64,000 nt of DNA, taken from NCBI GenBank assembly GCA_002269645.1, contig NIVC01000755.1, positions 1 through 64,000 on the forward strand, written 5' to 3'. Source of the stretch: Macrostomum lignano (taxonomy: Eukaryota). Each line of letters starts with the position of its first letter. The stretch's first letter is position 1. The translations under genes were made by a program, and so were the position numbers. Under the pieces are notes generated by a model, which saw only the letters and a program-made list of their open reading frames with translations, was not told where the DNA came from and did no database searches. Positions 1-14,474 of the stretch are shown one piece after another.

Positions 1-485
1 CTATAGAATGCGATTGCTAATCTATAGACTGGATTGTTAATCTATAGACTGGATTGCTAATCTGTAGACTGGATTGCTAATCTATAGAATGGACTGCTAA
101 ATCTATAGAATGGATTGCTAATCTGTAGACTGGATTGCTAATCTATAGACTGGATTGCTAAATCTATAGAATGGATTGCTAATTCTATAGAATGGATTGC
201 TAATCTATAGAACGGATTGCTAATCTATAGACTAGATTGTTAATCCATAGACTGGATTGCTAATCTATAGAATGGATTGCTAATCTATAGACTGGATTGT
301 TAATCTATAGAATGGATTGCTAATCTATAGACTGGATTGCTAATCTATAGAATGGATTGCTAATCTATAGAATGGATTGCTATCTATAGACTGGATTGTT
401 AATCTATAGAATGGACTGCTAATCTATAGATGGATTGCTAATCTATTAGACTGGATTGCTAATCTATAGAATGGATTGCTAATCT
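1..485. repeat. 20-bp minisatellite (CTAATCTATAGACTGGATTG), in Shaw intron
   Basis: Visible 20-nt periodicity; continues off the window edge. Confidence 0.95.
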
Positions 486-821
486 ATAAGCAGCCCGAGT
501 AGGTCTTGTCAAAGTTATGCGAAGCGTTAACCTCAATCTTTTTCGAGTCTCTTATCAAGATGAAAGACACGAAAGCTGGTGCAAGATCAAATTCATAGGA
601 TTCACTGCTAAATAAAAGCAAAACTCATTAGGGCCATTTCGAGTTGTCATCAGTAAAAATCTTTTGACTTAAAGTCATTAAGAGGCTTTTCTATAACTTG
701 ACCGAGACATGGGGGGTGTTCAGTTTCTGTGCGACTTTGAGTTTGCCACTTTCTGCTGCCTCTTTAAATACCGACTTCCTTTTTGCCTCAACACAACATA
801 ACTCAACATGCTTCGGCTTTT

Positions 822-1335
822 CGAGGCATGAGAGGCGTTGAATTGGGTGTGAGAGGCGCCAAATTAGTTGTGAGAGGCGCCAAATTGGGCGTGAGAGGCG
901 CCAAATTGGGTGTGAGAAGCGCCATATTGGGTGTGAGAGGCGCCGTATTTGGTGTGAGAGGCGCCGTATTGGGTGTGAGAGGCGCCATATTGGGTGTGAG
1001 AGGCGCCAAATTAGTTGTGAGAGGCGCCAAATTGGGCGTGAGAGGCGCCAAATTGGGTGTGAGAAGCGCCATATTGGGTGTGAGAGGCGCCGTATTTGGT
1101 GTGAGAGGCGCCGTATTGGGTGTGAGAGGCGCCAAATTAGTTGTGAGAGGCGCCAAATTGGGCGTGAGAGGCGCCAAATTGGGTGTGAGAAGCGCCATAT
1201 TGGGTGTGAGAGGCGCCGTATTGAGTGTGAGAGGCGCCATATTGTGTGTGAGAGGCGCCAAATTAGTTGTGAGAGGCGCCATATTGGGTGTGAGAGGTGC
1301 CATATTGGGTGTGAGATGCGCCAACAAGGGAGTGA
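822..1335. repeat. 21-bp minisatellite (GTGAGAGGCGCCAAATTGGGT), abutting the Shaw donor
   Basis: Direct periodicity; gives 7-aa repeat ORFs on both strands. Confidence 0.95.
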
Positions 1336-1369
1336 GATTCGCCAAATTGTCTAACCAAAGAAAACTCGC

Positions 1370-1650
1370 CTGGTTGCTATCCAGTCCCCAAAAATTCGAG
1401 TTCCTTTCGAACAGCGGGCCGCAGACATCCGTAGGGTAGTGCAGCTTCCCAGAGCGGTAATAGTTGAGTATCTGGGCGAACACTCCGGGATGTCGGTCGA
1501 AAAATATTCGTTCAGTATTGGATCGTAGTTAGCCAAAGCCTCGGTCAGCCGCGACAGCCTGGTTGCTGGGATCTTTTTCAGTGTCGCTTTGTAGGTCTCA
1601 TGCCGGATGCCGCCGACATTCAGGATAACTCTGTTGTCAGCGTCTGCCAT
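1370..1650 (-). CDS. Shaw: First coding exon of a Shaw/Kv3 (KCNC-like) voltage-gated K+ channel, T1/BTB domain; remainder of gene lies left of the window
   Basis: [50 protein letters not shown], then after a 1-nt shift [30 protein letters not shown]...FWGLDSNQ, matching the known Shaw N-terminus. Three 1-nt indels (~1502, ~1405, ~1392). Exon ends CAG|GCGAGT (GC donor). Confidence 0.93.
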
Positions 1651-2199
1651 CTCAGTTGGCAGCTAGAGTCCCATGTTTTTGTACAGAAAAAATGACTATT
1701 TATTAAAAGAAATCCTAATAAAGAGAATTAAATCTGCAGCTACGTACCTCGTCAACGACACGAATTTCTGTCTCTGTCGACTGGCGTCGCTTCCCGCATC
1801 CTCTCCTCACAGTTAAGGGAGGCTAGGAGTATGGGGGGTTGATGCAGCTTCATCTGCCCGACGGGATTTGCTGGGGAGAGAGGGAGGGAGCAGTGAGGGG
1901 GGAGAGGCAGAGAGAGGAGGCAGCTTTAGCCAGATGTGAATTGTCAAGCGATAGGAAATTGGCGTTGCTAAATTCGCTATAGCAACTATACTGGCAGAAT
2001 GAGGTCTTTCACAATTGTTGATGGCTGCTCTGAGTGCTTTGTAATTGGCCAAGCTGGATTAGCTGTTGTTTACTGCGTACTGAGACAGATGAGAAATTTC
2101 TGGTAGCTAAGAGGTAATTAGTCACTAACGAGAGAAGAGCATGGGGTTATCGTCTGGTTACCGGTGGATGCAAGTAACTCGCGAAAATATCTTGGTTGA

Positions 2200-2420
2200 C
2201 AGCTGGGTAGATAGCTCGGTAGATATCTCGGTAGATTGCTCGGTAGGTAGTTTGGTAGATAGTTCGGTAGATATCTCGGTAGATAGCTCGGTAGGTGTTT
2301 GGTAGACATCGGTAGATAGTTTGGTAGATAGTTCGGTAGGTAGTTTGGTAGATAGTTCGGTAGGTGGTTGGTGGATGTGGTGGATAGTTGTGGTGGATAG
2401 TTGTGGTGGATAGTTGAGTA
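2200..2420. repeat. 12-bp degenerate repeat (TCGGTAGATAGC-like)
   Basis: Direct periodicity. Confidence 0.8.
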
Positions 2421-2974
2421 AATTGTGATTCTCGCAGACAGCGGAGCAGACTGACGGGTAGATACTGGGGTAGGTTGGCAGCCCCATAGAGTGCAAACCT
2501 GCCCAGACCTAGTCAGATTATTAATAAATATTTAGTATTCATAGAGCACACCAAGGAGATCCATACTTCATATCTTTAATCATAGTTTTATCAGTCGGAG
2601 GACGGTCGAAATTGCAAAAATAACTCCAAGGCGGAGAGCATAGCAACAGAGAAGTTCGCCATTTCGCCTCCCTGCTGAGCAGCTAGGGAAGAATTTCCCT
2701 AGGGATAAAAGAACTCACAGTACTGCAAGCTGCTGGTTGCCTATTGATGAAGTAAAATGCATCGCTTAGAACCACCTTATCCCCTGTGTTCGAAGCCTAA
2801 TCTTCTTTGAGGCTTGTTGTGCTGAGACTTTCTAGATTAAACTTTTTAGATTAAAACCGTGCGACCCCTTAGTGCAGGGCTGCTTGAGTTTATAGCGCAA
2901 ATTTATGTAACACTTTGCCCTCTGTCCATCTCTGTTTAGTTGTTCCTCTGTGCCTTAATGACTCTCTCTTCATG

Positions 2975-4370
<1,396 letters not shown>

Positions 4371-4839
4371 GCTTCGGAGTGTATCGCAATGTTTGAAAAA
4401 CAGCTTTAAAGAAATGTCGGACTAAGAATAAATTTGAGCAGAGTAGGCAGTAGAGAGTTGAGCTCGAGCCCGATGGGACAAATGGGGTGCTCTGAAGTGC
4501 GGGGGTGGCCTTCTAATCCTTATCCCGAACCAGGAATTTTTCCCAGTGTGAGCACATCCGTGAGATCGATTTTGGTTAATAGGTTCACCTTTTTCCTCCC
4601 GCGGCAGTCTCAATTCCCTCTGCCGGGGTTCTCGTTCTAGTCGAAGCTGACAAGACACAAAGGCTAGGCAGAAAGGTTAACGAGATGCTCAATTAATTTT
4701 TAATGAAATTAATTCTAGTCACGTTAGATAAGAAGGAATTTGGAGTTTATAAGTTGCAACGGTAAAAAAAACCGCATAGTCTCGGTTTGAACTCATAGTT
4801 GGGGTTAAGTACTACATAGTAGCAGATATAAGCGCATAG

Positions 4840-5355
4840 CAACGGTTAGAAACAGTCTAGCAACGGTTAGAAATTGTGTATAGCAACGGTAAGAAACCGC
4901 ATAGCAACGGTAAGAAACCGCATAGCAACAGTAAGAAACCGCATAGCAACAGTAAGAAACCGCATAGCAACAGTAAGAAACCGCATAGCAACAGTAAGAA
5001 ACCGCATAGCAACAGCAAGAAACCGCATAGCAACAGTAAGAAACCATAGAACAACGGTAAGAAACCGCATAGCAACAGTAAGAAACCGCATAGCAACAGT
5101 AAGAAACAACAGAACAACGGTAAGAAACCATATAGCAGCGGTAAGAAACCGCATAGCAACAGTAAGAAACCGCATAGCAACAGTAAGAAACTGTATAGCA
5201 ACAGTAAGAAACCGCATAGCAACGATAAGAAACCGCATAGCAACAGTAAGAAACCATAGAACAACGGTAAGAAACCATATAGCAGCGGTAAGAAACCGCA
5301 TAGCAACAGTAAGAAACCATATAGCAACGGTAATAAACCGCATAACAACGATTAG
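4840..5355. repeat. 21-bp minisatellite (GTAAGAAACCGCATAGCAACA)
   Basis: Direct periodicity. Confidence 0.95.
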
Positions 5356-5799
5356 AAATGCAACAACAGGACATGAGGCAGCAAAAATATTAAAATAGTC
5401 AAATATATTGCAGAAGACGCGGCTATTTCCAATCAGCTCAACAGGTAAGACAGGAAAGCTTTTCAGAAAGATGATGAAAGGAAAGGAAATCTCTTTCGAC
5501 TCAATTTCTTGTCAGAAAATAATTTGGCTAATTGCAAATTGCGGAAAAACTGGCCTCTCTATAGAACTGAAAGAGAAAAATGTGAGTCAGCATTTCAGCT
5601 ACTCCTTGATACTAATGCCCCCGACTTAGCTTATAAAACTAATTCTTTACACCTCAAAGAGGATTTTCTATCTCTTTTTGTAGGGATTTTATGCCAAGCG
5701 CATAGAGCTAATAGAGGTGAAAGTTCCAATCGAATCAATAAAATTATTAAATAATAATTGTCTGCATAGTTTAGCCATTTCTGTCAAACTTTCTTTCAG

Positions 5800-8575
5800 A
5801 AAAACCGTCATTAAATTTAGTGTCAGAGAAATCGTCATTAAATTTAGTGTCAGAGAAACCGTCATTAAATTTAGTGTCAGAGAAACCGTCATTAAATTTA
5901 GTGTCAGAGAAACCGTCATTAAATTTAGTGTCAGAGAAACCGTCATTAAATTTAGTGTCAGAGAAACCGTCATTAAATTTAGTGTCAGAGAAACCGTCAT
6001 TAAATTTAGTGTCAGAGAAACCGTCATTATATTTAGTGTCAGAGAAACCGTCATTAAATTTAGTGTCAGAGAAACCGTCATTAAATTTAGTGTCAGAGAA
6101 ACCGTCATTAAATTTAGTGTCAGAGAAATCGTCATTAAATTTAGTGTCAGAGAAATCGTCATTAAATTTAGTGTCAGAGAAACCGTCATTAAATTTAGTG
6201 TCAGAGAAACCGTCATTAAATTTAGTGTCAGAGAAACCGTCATTAAATTTAGTGTCAGAGAAACCGTCATTAAATTTAGTGTCAGAGAAATCGTCATTAA
6301 ATTTAGTGTCAGAGAAACCGTCATTAAATTTAGTGTCAGAGAAACCGTCATTAAATTTAGTGTCAGAGAAACCGTCATTAAATTTAGTGTCAGAGAAACC
6401 GTCATTAAATTTAGTGTCAGGGAAATCGTCATTAAATTTAGTGTCAGAGAAACCGTCATTAAATTTAGTGTCAGAGAAACCGTCATTAAATTTAGTGTCA
6501 GAGAAACCGTCATTAAATTTAGTGTCAGAGAAATCGTCATTAAATTTAGTGTCAGAGAAACCGTCATTAAATTTAGTGTCAGAGAAACCGTCATTAAATT
6601 TAGTGTCAGAGAAACCGTCATTAAATTTAGTGTCAGAGAAACCGTCATTAAATTTAGTGTCAGAGAAATCGTCATTAAATTTAGTGTCAGAGAAACCGTC
6701 ATTAAATTTAGTGTCAGAGAAACCGTCATTAAATTTAGTGTCAGAGAAACCGTCATTAAATTTAGTGTCAGAGAAACCGTCATTATATTTAGTGTCAGAG
6801 AAATCGTCATTAAATTTAGTTTCAGAGAAACCGTCATTAAATTTAGTGTCAGAGAAATCGTAATTAAATTTAGTGTCAGAGAAACCGTCATTAAATTTAG
6901 TGTCAGAGAAACCGTCATTAAATTTAGTGTCAGAGAAACCGTCATTAAATTTAGTGTCAGAGAAATCGTCAGTAAATTTTGTGTCAGAAACCGTCATTAA
7001 ATTTAGTGTCAGAGAAACCGTCATCAAATTTAGTGTCAGAAAAAATCGTCAGTAAATTTAGTGTCAGAGAAACCGTCATTAAATTTAGTGTCAGAGAAAC
7101 CGTCATTAAATTTAGTGTCAGAGAAACCGTCATTAAATTTAGTGTCAGAGAAACCGTCATTATATTTAGTGTCAGAGAAATCGTCAGTAAATTTTGTGTC
7201 AGAAACCGTCATCAAATTTAGTGTCAGAAAAATCGTCAGTAAATTTAGTGTCAGAGAAACCGTCAGTAAATTTAGTGTCAGAGAAACCGTCATTAAATTT
7301 AGTGTCAGAGAAACCGTCAGTAAATTTAGTGTCAGAGAAACCGTCAGTAAATTTAGTGTCAGAGAAACCATCAGTAAATTTAATGTCGGAGAAACCGTCA
7401 TTAAATTTAGTGTCAGAGAAACCGTCATTAAATTTAGTGTCAGAGAAACCGTCATTAAATTTAGTGTCAGAGAAATCGTCATTAAATTTAGTGTCAAAGA
7501 AATCGTCAGTAAATTTAGTGTCAGAGAAATCGTCAGTAAATTTAGTGTCAGAGAAACCATCAGTAAATTTTGTGTCAGAGAAACCGTCAGTATATTTAGT
7601 GTCAGAGAAACCGTCAGTAAGTTTAGTGTCAGAAACCGTCAGTAAATTTAATGTCGGAGAAACCGTCAGTAAATTTAGTGTCAGAGAAAATCGTCAGTAA
7701 ATTTAGTGTCAGAAACCGTCAGTATATTTAGTGTCAGAGAAACCGTCAGTAAATTTAGTGTCAGAGAAAATCGTCAGTAAATTTAGTGTCAGAAACCGTC
7801 AGTATATTTAGTGTCAGAGAAACCATCAGTAAATTTAGTGTCAAAGAAATCGTCAGTAAATTTAGTGTCAGAGAAACCGTCAGTAAATTTTGTGTCAGAG
7901 AAACCGTCAGTAAATTTTGTGTCAGAGAAATCGTCAGTAAATTTAGTGTCAGAAACCGTCATTAAATTTAGTGTCAGAGAAACCGTCATCAAATTTAGTG
8001 TCAGAGAAACCGTCAGTAAATTTAGTGTCAGAGAAAATCGTCAGTAAATTTAGTGTCAGAAACCGTCAGTATATTTAGTGTCAGAGAAACCGTCAGTAAG
8101 TTTAGTGTCAGAAACCGTCAGTAAATTTAGTGTCAGAAATCGTCACCAAATTTAGTGTCAGAGAAACCGTCATCAAATTTAGTGTCAGAGAAATCGTCAT
8201 TAAATTTAGTGTCAGAAACCGTCATCAAATTTAGTTTCAGAGAAATCGTCAGTAAATTTAGTGTCGGAGAAATCGTCATCAAATTTAGTGTCGGAGAAAT
8301 CGTCATCAAATTTAGTGTCAGAGAAATCGTCACCAAATTCAGTGTCAGAGAAGCCGTCACCAAATTCAGTGTCAGAGAAGCCGTCACCAAATTCAGTGTC
8401 AGAGAAGCCGTCACCAAATTCAGTGTCAGAGAAGCCGTCACCAAATTCAGTGTCAGAGAAACCATCATCAAATTTAGTGTCAGAGAAATCGTCAGTAAAT
8501 TTAGTGTCAGAGATTGCCTCATTAAATTTTAGTGTCAGAGTGGGCCTAAGTAAATTTAGTGTCAGACAAGGTGTC
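5800..8575. repeat. 27-bp minisatellite (GTCAGAGAAACCGTCATTAAATTTAGT), ~100 copies
   Basis: Direct periodicity; 9-aa repeat ORFs. Confidence 0.97.
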
Positions 8576-8944
8576 AATTTAGCGTAACAGAATAACAGAG
8601 AAGGTTATATTAATGTTCTTGAAAATCCACTTAAGCGATGATTTCCTGTTGTTATTCTCAATCCCTTTCGCAGCCGGCAACCCAGCTAATCATAGCCTAG
8701 CCCCAGCTGAGGAGCCAGAGCATAGAGCTCTTCTCCAGATGGTTTTGCTCCGGCGCTTCTTTATGAACTCTGAGGCACCGGCTGAGCCCGGCCGGAAATA
8801 GAATGAGAAGACTGTGGCACAATGAGGGCCTGGGCTTTGACTCATTGGGGATTATTATCAGGCTTAGAGGCCCGGGCCAGGGAGACTTAAGAGCGATTGT
8901 CTGGATTGCCTATACTTTTTAGCGAACCCTCATTATTAAGGCTC

Positions 8945-10035
8945 AGTGGGGAGTTGCTGAGATGCCAATTGGCTCAATGGGGGGAGTTGCTGAGATGCCA
9001 ATTGGCTCAATGGGGAGTTGCTGAGATGCCATGGCTCAGTGGGGAGTTGCTGAGATGCCATGGCTCAGTGGGGAGTTGCTGAGATGTCATGGCTCAGTGG
9101 GGAGTTGCTGAGATGTCATGGCTCAGTGGGGAGTTGCTGAGATGTCAATTAGCTCAGTGGGGAGTTGCTGAGATGCCATGGCTCAGTGGGGAGTTGCTGA
9201 GATGTCATGGCTCAGTGGGGAGTTGCTGAGATGCCAATTGGCTCAATGGGGAGTTGCTGAGATGCCATGGCTCAGTGGGGAGTTGCTGAGATGCCATGGC
9301 TCAGTGGGGAGTTGCTGAGATGCCAATTGGCTCAATGGGGAGTTGCTGAGATGCCATGGCTCAGTGGGGAGTTGCTGAGATGTCATGGCTCAGTGGGGAG
9401 TTGCTGAGATGCCAATTGGCTCAATGGGGAGTTGCTGAGATGCCATGGCTCAGTGGGGAGTTGCTGAGATGCCATGGCTCAGTGGGGAGTTGCTGAGATG
9501 CCATGGCTCAGTGGGGAGTTGCTGAGATGTCATGGCTCAGTGGGGAGTTGCTGAGATGTCAATTAGCTCAGTGGGGAGTTGCTGAGATGCCATGGCTCAG
9601 TGGGGAGTTGCTGAGATGTCATGGCTCAGTGGGGAGTTGCTGAGATGCCAATTGGCTCAATGGGGAGTTGCTGAGATGCCATGGCTCAGTGGGGAGTTGC
9701 TGAGATGCCATGGCTCAGTGGGGAGTTGCTGAGATGCCAATTGGCTCAATGGGGAGTTGCTGAGATGCCATGGCTCAGTGGGGAGTTGCTGAGATGTCAT
9801 GGCTCAGTGGGGAGTTGCTGAGATGCCAATTGGCTCAATGGGGAGTTGCTGAGATGCCATGGCTCAGTGGGGAGTTGCTGAGATGTCATGGCTCAATGGG
9901 GAGTTGCTGAGATGCCAATTGGCTCAATGGGGAGTTGCTGAGATGCCATGGCTCAGTGGGGAGTTGCTGAGATGCCATGGCTCAGTGGGGAGTTGCTGAG
10001 ATGTCAATTAGCTCAATGGGGAGTTGCTGTGATGC
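8945..10035. repeat. 29/32-bp minisatellite (GGCTCAGTGGGGAGTTGCTGAGATGCCAT)
   Basis: Head-to-tail units with two length variants and no spacers. Confidence 0.95.
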
Positions 10036-11026
10036 CAAGGCTAGAGGACAGTTTATTCTGCTTAAAAATGACAGCTTTGGGGAAGAGCTGACAAACTCCA
10101 GAGGTTATTTCCAGGTGTCCTTGGCTCAGTCCATGTGGAGAGTTATGGGACCTGCTGAAAAACTTGAATCGAAAATTGAATTACCGTTAATTTCCTGTTG
10201 TCTATTGTGCGGGGCTGCATGCGGGGATGGAGCTGGAAGGGGTTGGTGGCAGCTGGGACTGGGAGTGCAGGGGAGAATTGCCGGGTCCTAGAAGTTCTCC
10301 ACTTCCCCTACGAAATGTTTGCGAATGTTTTTTTTAGACTTTTTCTGATAAAAAGAGACTACCTTTTTTTCTTAGTCTAGAATTGAAATCCACTAAATAA
10401 AGATCTATTGTTGGATCAGTTCTGCAGTCGCGTGTCTCTTTTATTTGGGATTTTTCTCCCATTTCCAGCTCCCATAGATTAGGAACCAGTTTGTCATGGG
10501 ATATTTCCAGAGCCAGTTCTTATTCCAACCCGGACTTATAAGCCTCTGCTAAAATAATTATCGCTGCATTATAAAACGGACCTGGCGCAGGAGAAGCCAG
10601 TCTGAAGCCATGGTGTGTTGGCCACTAAAAGCAGAATTTTCTTCTCTTGTCTGCCCCATCAGCAAGTGTTGACAATGTTTGCAAAACGCTAATATCTTTG
10701 CTTGCTTGCCGGGCTGTTTCACTGTTTTGGCTGACTCTTTCCTGAAACTTGTCAGTGTGGGGGCTTCAGTGGACGTCACAGAGGAACCAGGCTGTGGTCT
10801 CTGCTGGCAGCTTGGATTGCACTGTCACCAGCAAGTGGCACAGGTTAAGTCATAAATTTGCACCCCCTAAACATCGTTTTTTGCCCGGCTCCAATGCAAA
10901 AGCACTTTTTTGGCAGGTGCAGCTACAGGATACGGAAACGTTCGCTAAGTTCTAATTCGCTACTTAAAAGCTATGTGCTACTTTCAGTAGAGTGGAAGGA
11001 AAATGTCTTTAATTTTTTGTTTACTT

Positions 11027-12519
<1,493 letters not shown>

Positions 12520-13520
12520 GCACTTATCTTGTCTAGCTTTTTCGGCCGCGGCTCAACAAAGCAACACCGACTCGCTAATCAAGAACTGTTTTTTCTACTT
12601 GTCAGTCACATCCAGCCGCCCCTGGCGTCACCAGGCGCAACTGCGGCACTGTGCCATGCTCAGCGACCTTGGATCAACCCGTAGTGCTACTCTAGTTTTC
12701 TATTTCTTTACATTTTCTTCTGCTCTCTTTTGCCCTGCAGAGCCGGCAGGAAATATGGACAGTCCAAGGCAGACAATAAACTGTGAGACCCTTGCCCGCG
12801 GCAGCCTCCCGTCTCCCGCAGCTGCCGATGCATGCCTTCGTGAGTAATTGCGTTTTGAGCCCTCCCCCACCCTGTGCGTGGCCCGCAGAAATACCGAGGT
12901 TTCCAAAATCAAAAGGCATGCACAGCTTTAAACACAGAACGCAGTTTCTGCCGTACAAAACAATTTAGGTTCGCTTGTCCAGACTCGCGCTTATACCAGA
13001 CGGAGAAGGGGTGTCTCTTATTTTTCTAAGCTGTTTCATTCAGATTAATCTTGATTAAATTATAATTTTAACAGGTAAGTTAGTGTTAATTTTCTCACTG
13101 CTTCACTTAAATCATTTTTATTTGTTTCTTTGCTGTAGAGTTTTTGCAAATTAGAACTTGGCATCATTGGATTCCCAAGAGGCTTGGGATTAAAGAGCTA
13201 CATTTTTGATTCACTGTCAGTTCATCCATCAAACTGCTTTGCCCGGCTCAGTTAAAGTCAAATTCGAGCGCGCATTTCATCTCTGCGCGCTATCCGCTCG
13301 CGCTTAGGTGTTTCTTTCCGTCATCGCATGCGCGCTGACGAGGCGGGGTGGAGGCGGACAGGCAGACTTTTTTGGCATTTTTATACAATTTTCCCGAAAC
13401 TGCAGGTTGCTTTCCTACATTCAAGAAGTTCTAGATATAGAGATTGGAGAGTAAATAGTGGAAACTGACCTACTTAGCTTAGCCTGAGAGCAAACTGAAC
13501 CAAACCGAAACAGCTTGGGT

Positions 13521-14010
13521 TCTGGCGCCCCTGGTGCTGGCGCCCCTGGTGCTGGTGCCCCTGGTGCTGGCGCCCCTGGTGCTGGCGCCCCTGGTGCTGG
13601 CGCCCCTGGTGCTGGCGCCCCTGGTGCTGGCGCCCCTGGTGCTGGCGCCCCTGGTGCTGGCGCCCCTGGTGCTGGCGCCCCTGGTGCTGGCGCCCCTGGT
13701 GCTGGCGCCCCTGGTGCTGGCGCCCCTGGTGCTGGCGCCCCTGGTGCTGGCGCCCCTGGTGCTGGCGCCCCTGGTGCTGGCGCCCCTGGTGCTGGCGCCC
13801 CTGGTGCTGGCGCCCCTGGTGCTGGCGCCCCTGGTGCTGGCGCCCCTGGTGCTGGCGCCCCTGGTGCTGGCGCCCCTGGTGCTGGCGCCCCTGGTGCTGG
13901 CGCCCCTGGTGCTGGCGCCCCTGGTGCTGGCGCCCCTGGTGCTGGCGCCCCTGGGCGCTAAAGCCCCTGGTGCTGGCGCCCCTGGGCGCTAAAGCCCCTG
14001 GGCGCTAAAG
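13521..14010. repeat. 15-bp minisatellite (CCTGGTGCTGGCGCC), ~29 near-identical copies
   Basis: Direct periodicity. Confidence 0.97.
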
Positions 14011-14474
14011 CCTCGCTAAAGCCGCGCAGAGTTCCCACAGCCAGATTCCGTTACTTTAAATCTCCTTGTTGCACACAAACGGTTATCTATATGGAGTTGG
14101 CTGGCCAGAGAGGGGCTGAGGGATGGGACGAGAGGCGGGCACACACACATGCCACTGCTAGGCCTGGATAGCTTTACGAATCAAACAGGAGAGGATGCAG
14201 CAGAATTCGGTAAGAAGATAGATAGTAGGGGGGTGGTGGGGTTGGATTTGCTAAGCTTATGGGAGGTTTTTCCAACGTTTCCCACATAGGCTGCACCAGC
14301 TTATAGTATGGGTTCATAAACAGGAGGAGCGATGCCGCCCCAGCCCAGCTAGCCGTAAGCAATTTCCCCCATCCGAAGGGCATTAATCTGCATTAATCTG
14401 TTCGGACTAATTGAACTGTATAAGCCAGAGGCCAAGTGCATATAGTTAAAGGTAAGTTATTAAAATTGATTGTT

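Noticed and set aside
5689-8587. Long ORFs (up to 427 aa) in several frames
   Set aside because: They are translations of a 27-bp satellite, open in multiple frames on both strands, with no unique domain.
8945-10035. CRISPR-like array
   Set aside because: Head-to-tail repeats without unique spacers, no cas genes, eukaryotic context.
13195-13260. FLIHCQFIHQTAL, resembling the hAT transposase CxxH motif
   Set aside because: Isolated short match, no extended ORF or terminal inverted repeats; could be chance.
13265-13365. CpG-rich promoter-like patch (CGCATGCGC, GGCGGGG)
   Set aside because: No gene could be linked to it; motifs alone are insufficient.
13515-13992. (GAPGA)n elastin/silk-like ORF
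   Set aside because: Units are identical at synonymous positions, there is no ATG or signal peptide, and I found no splice context; treated as a satellite.
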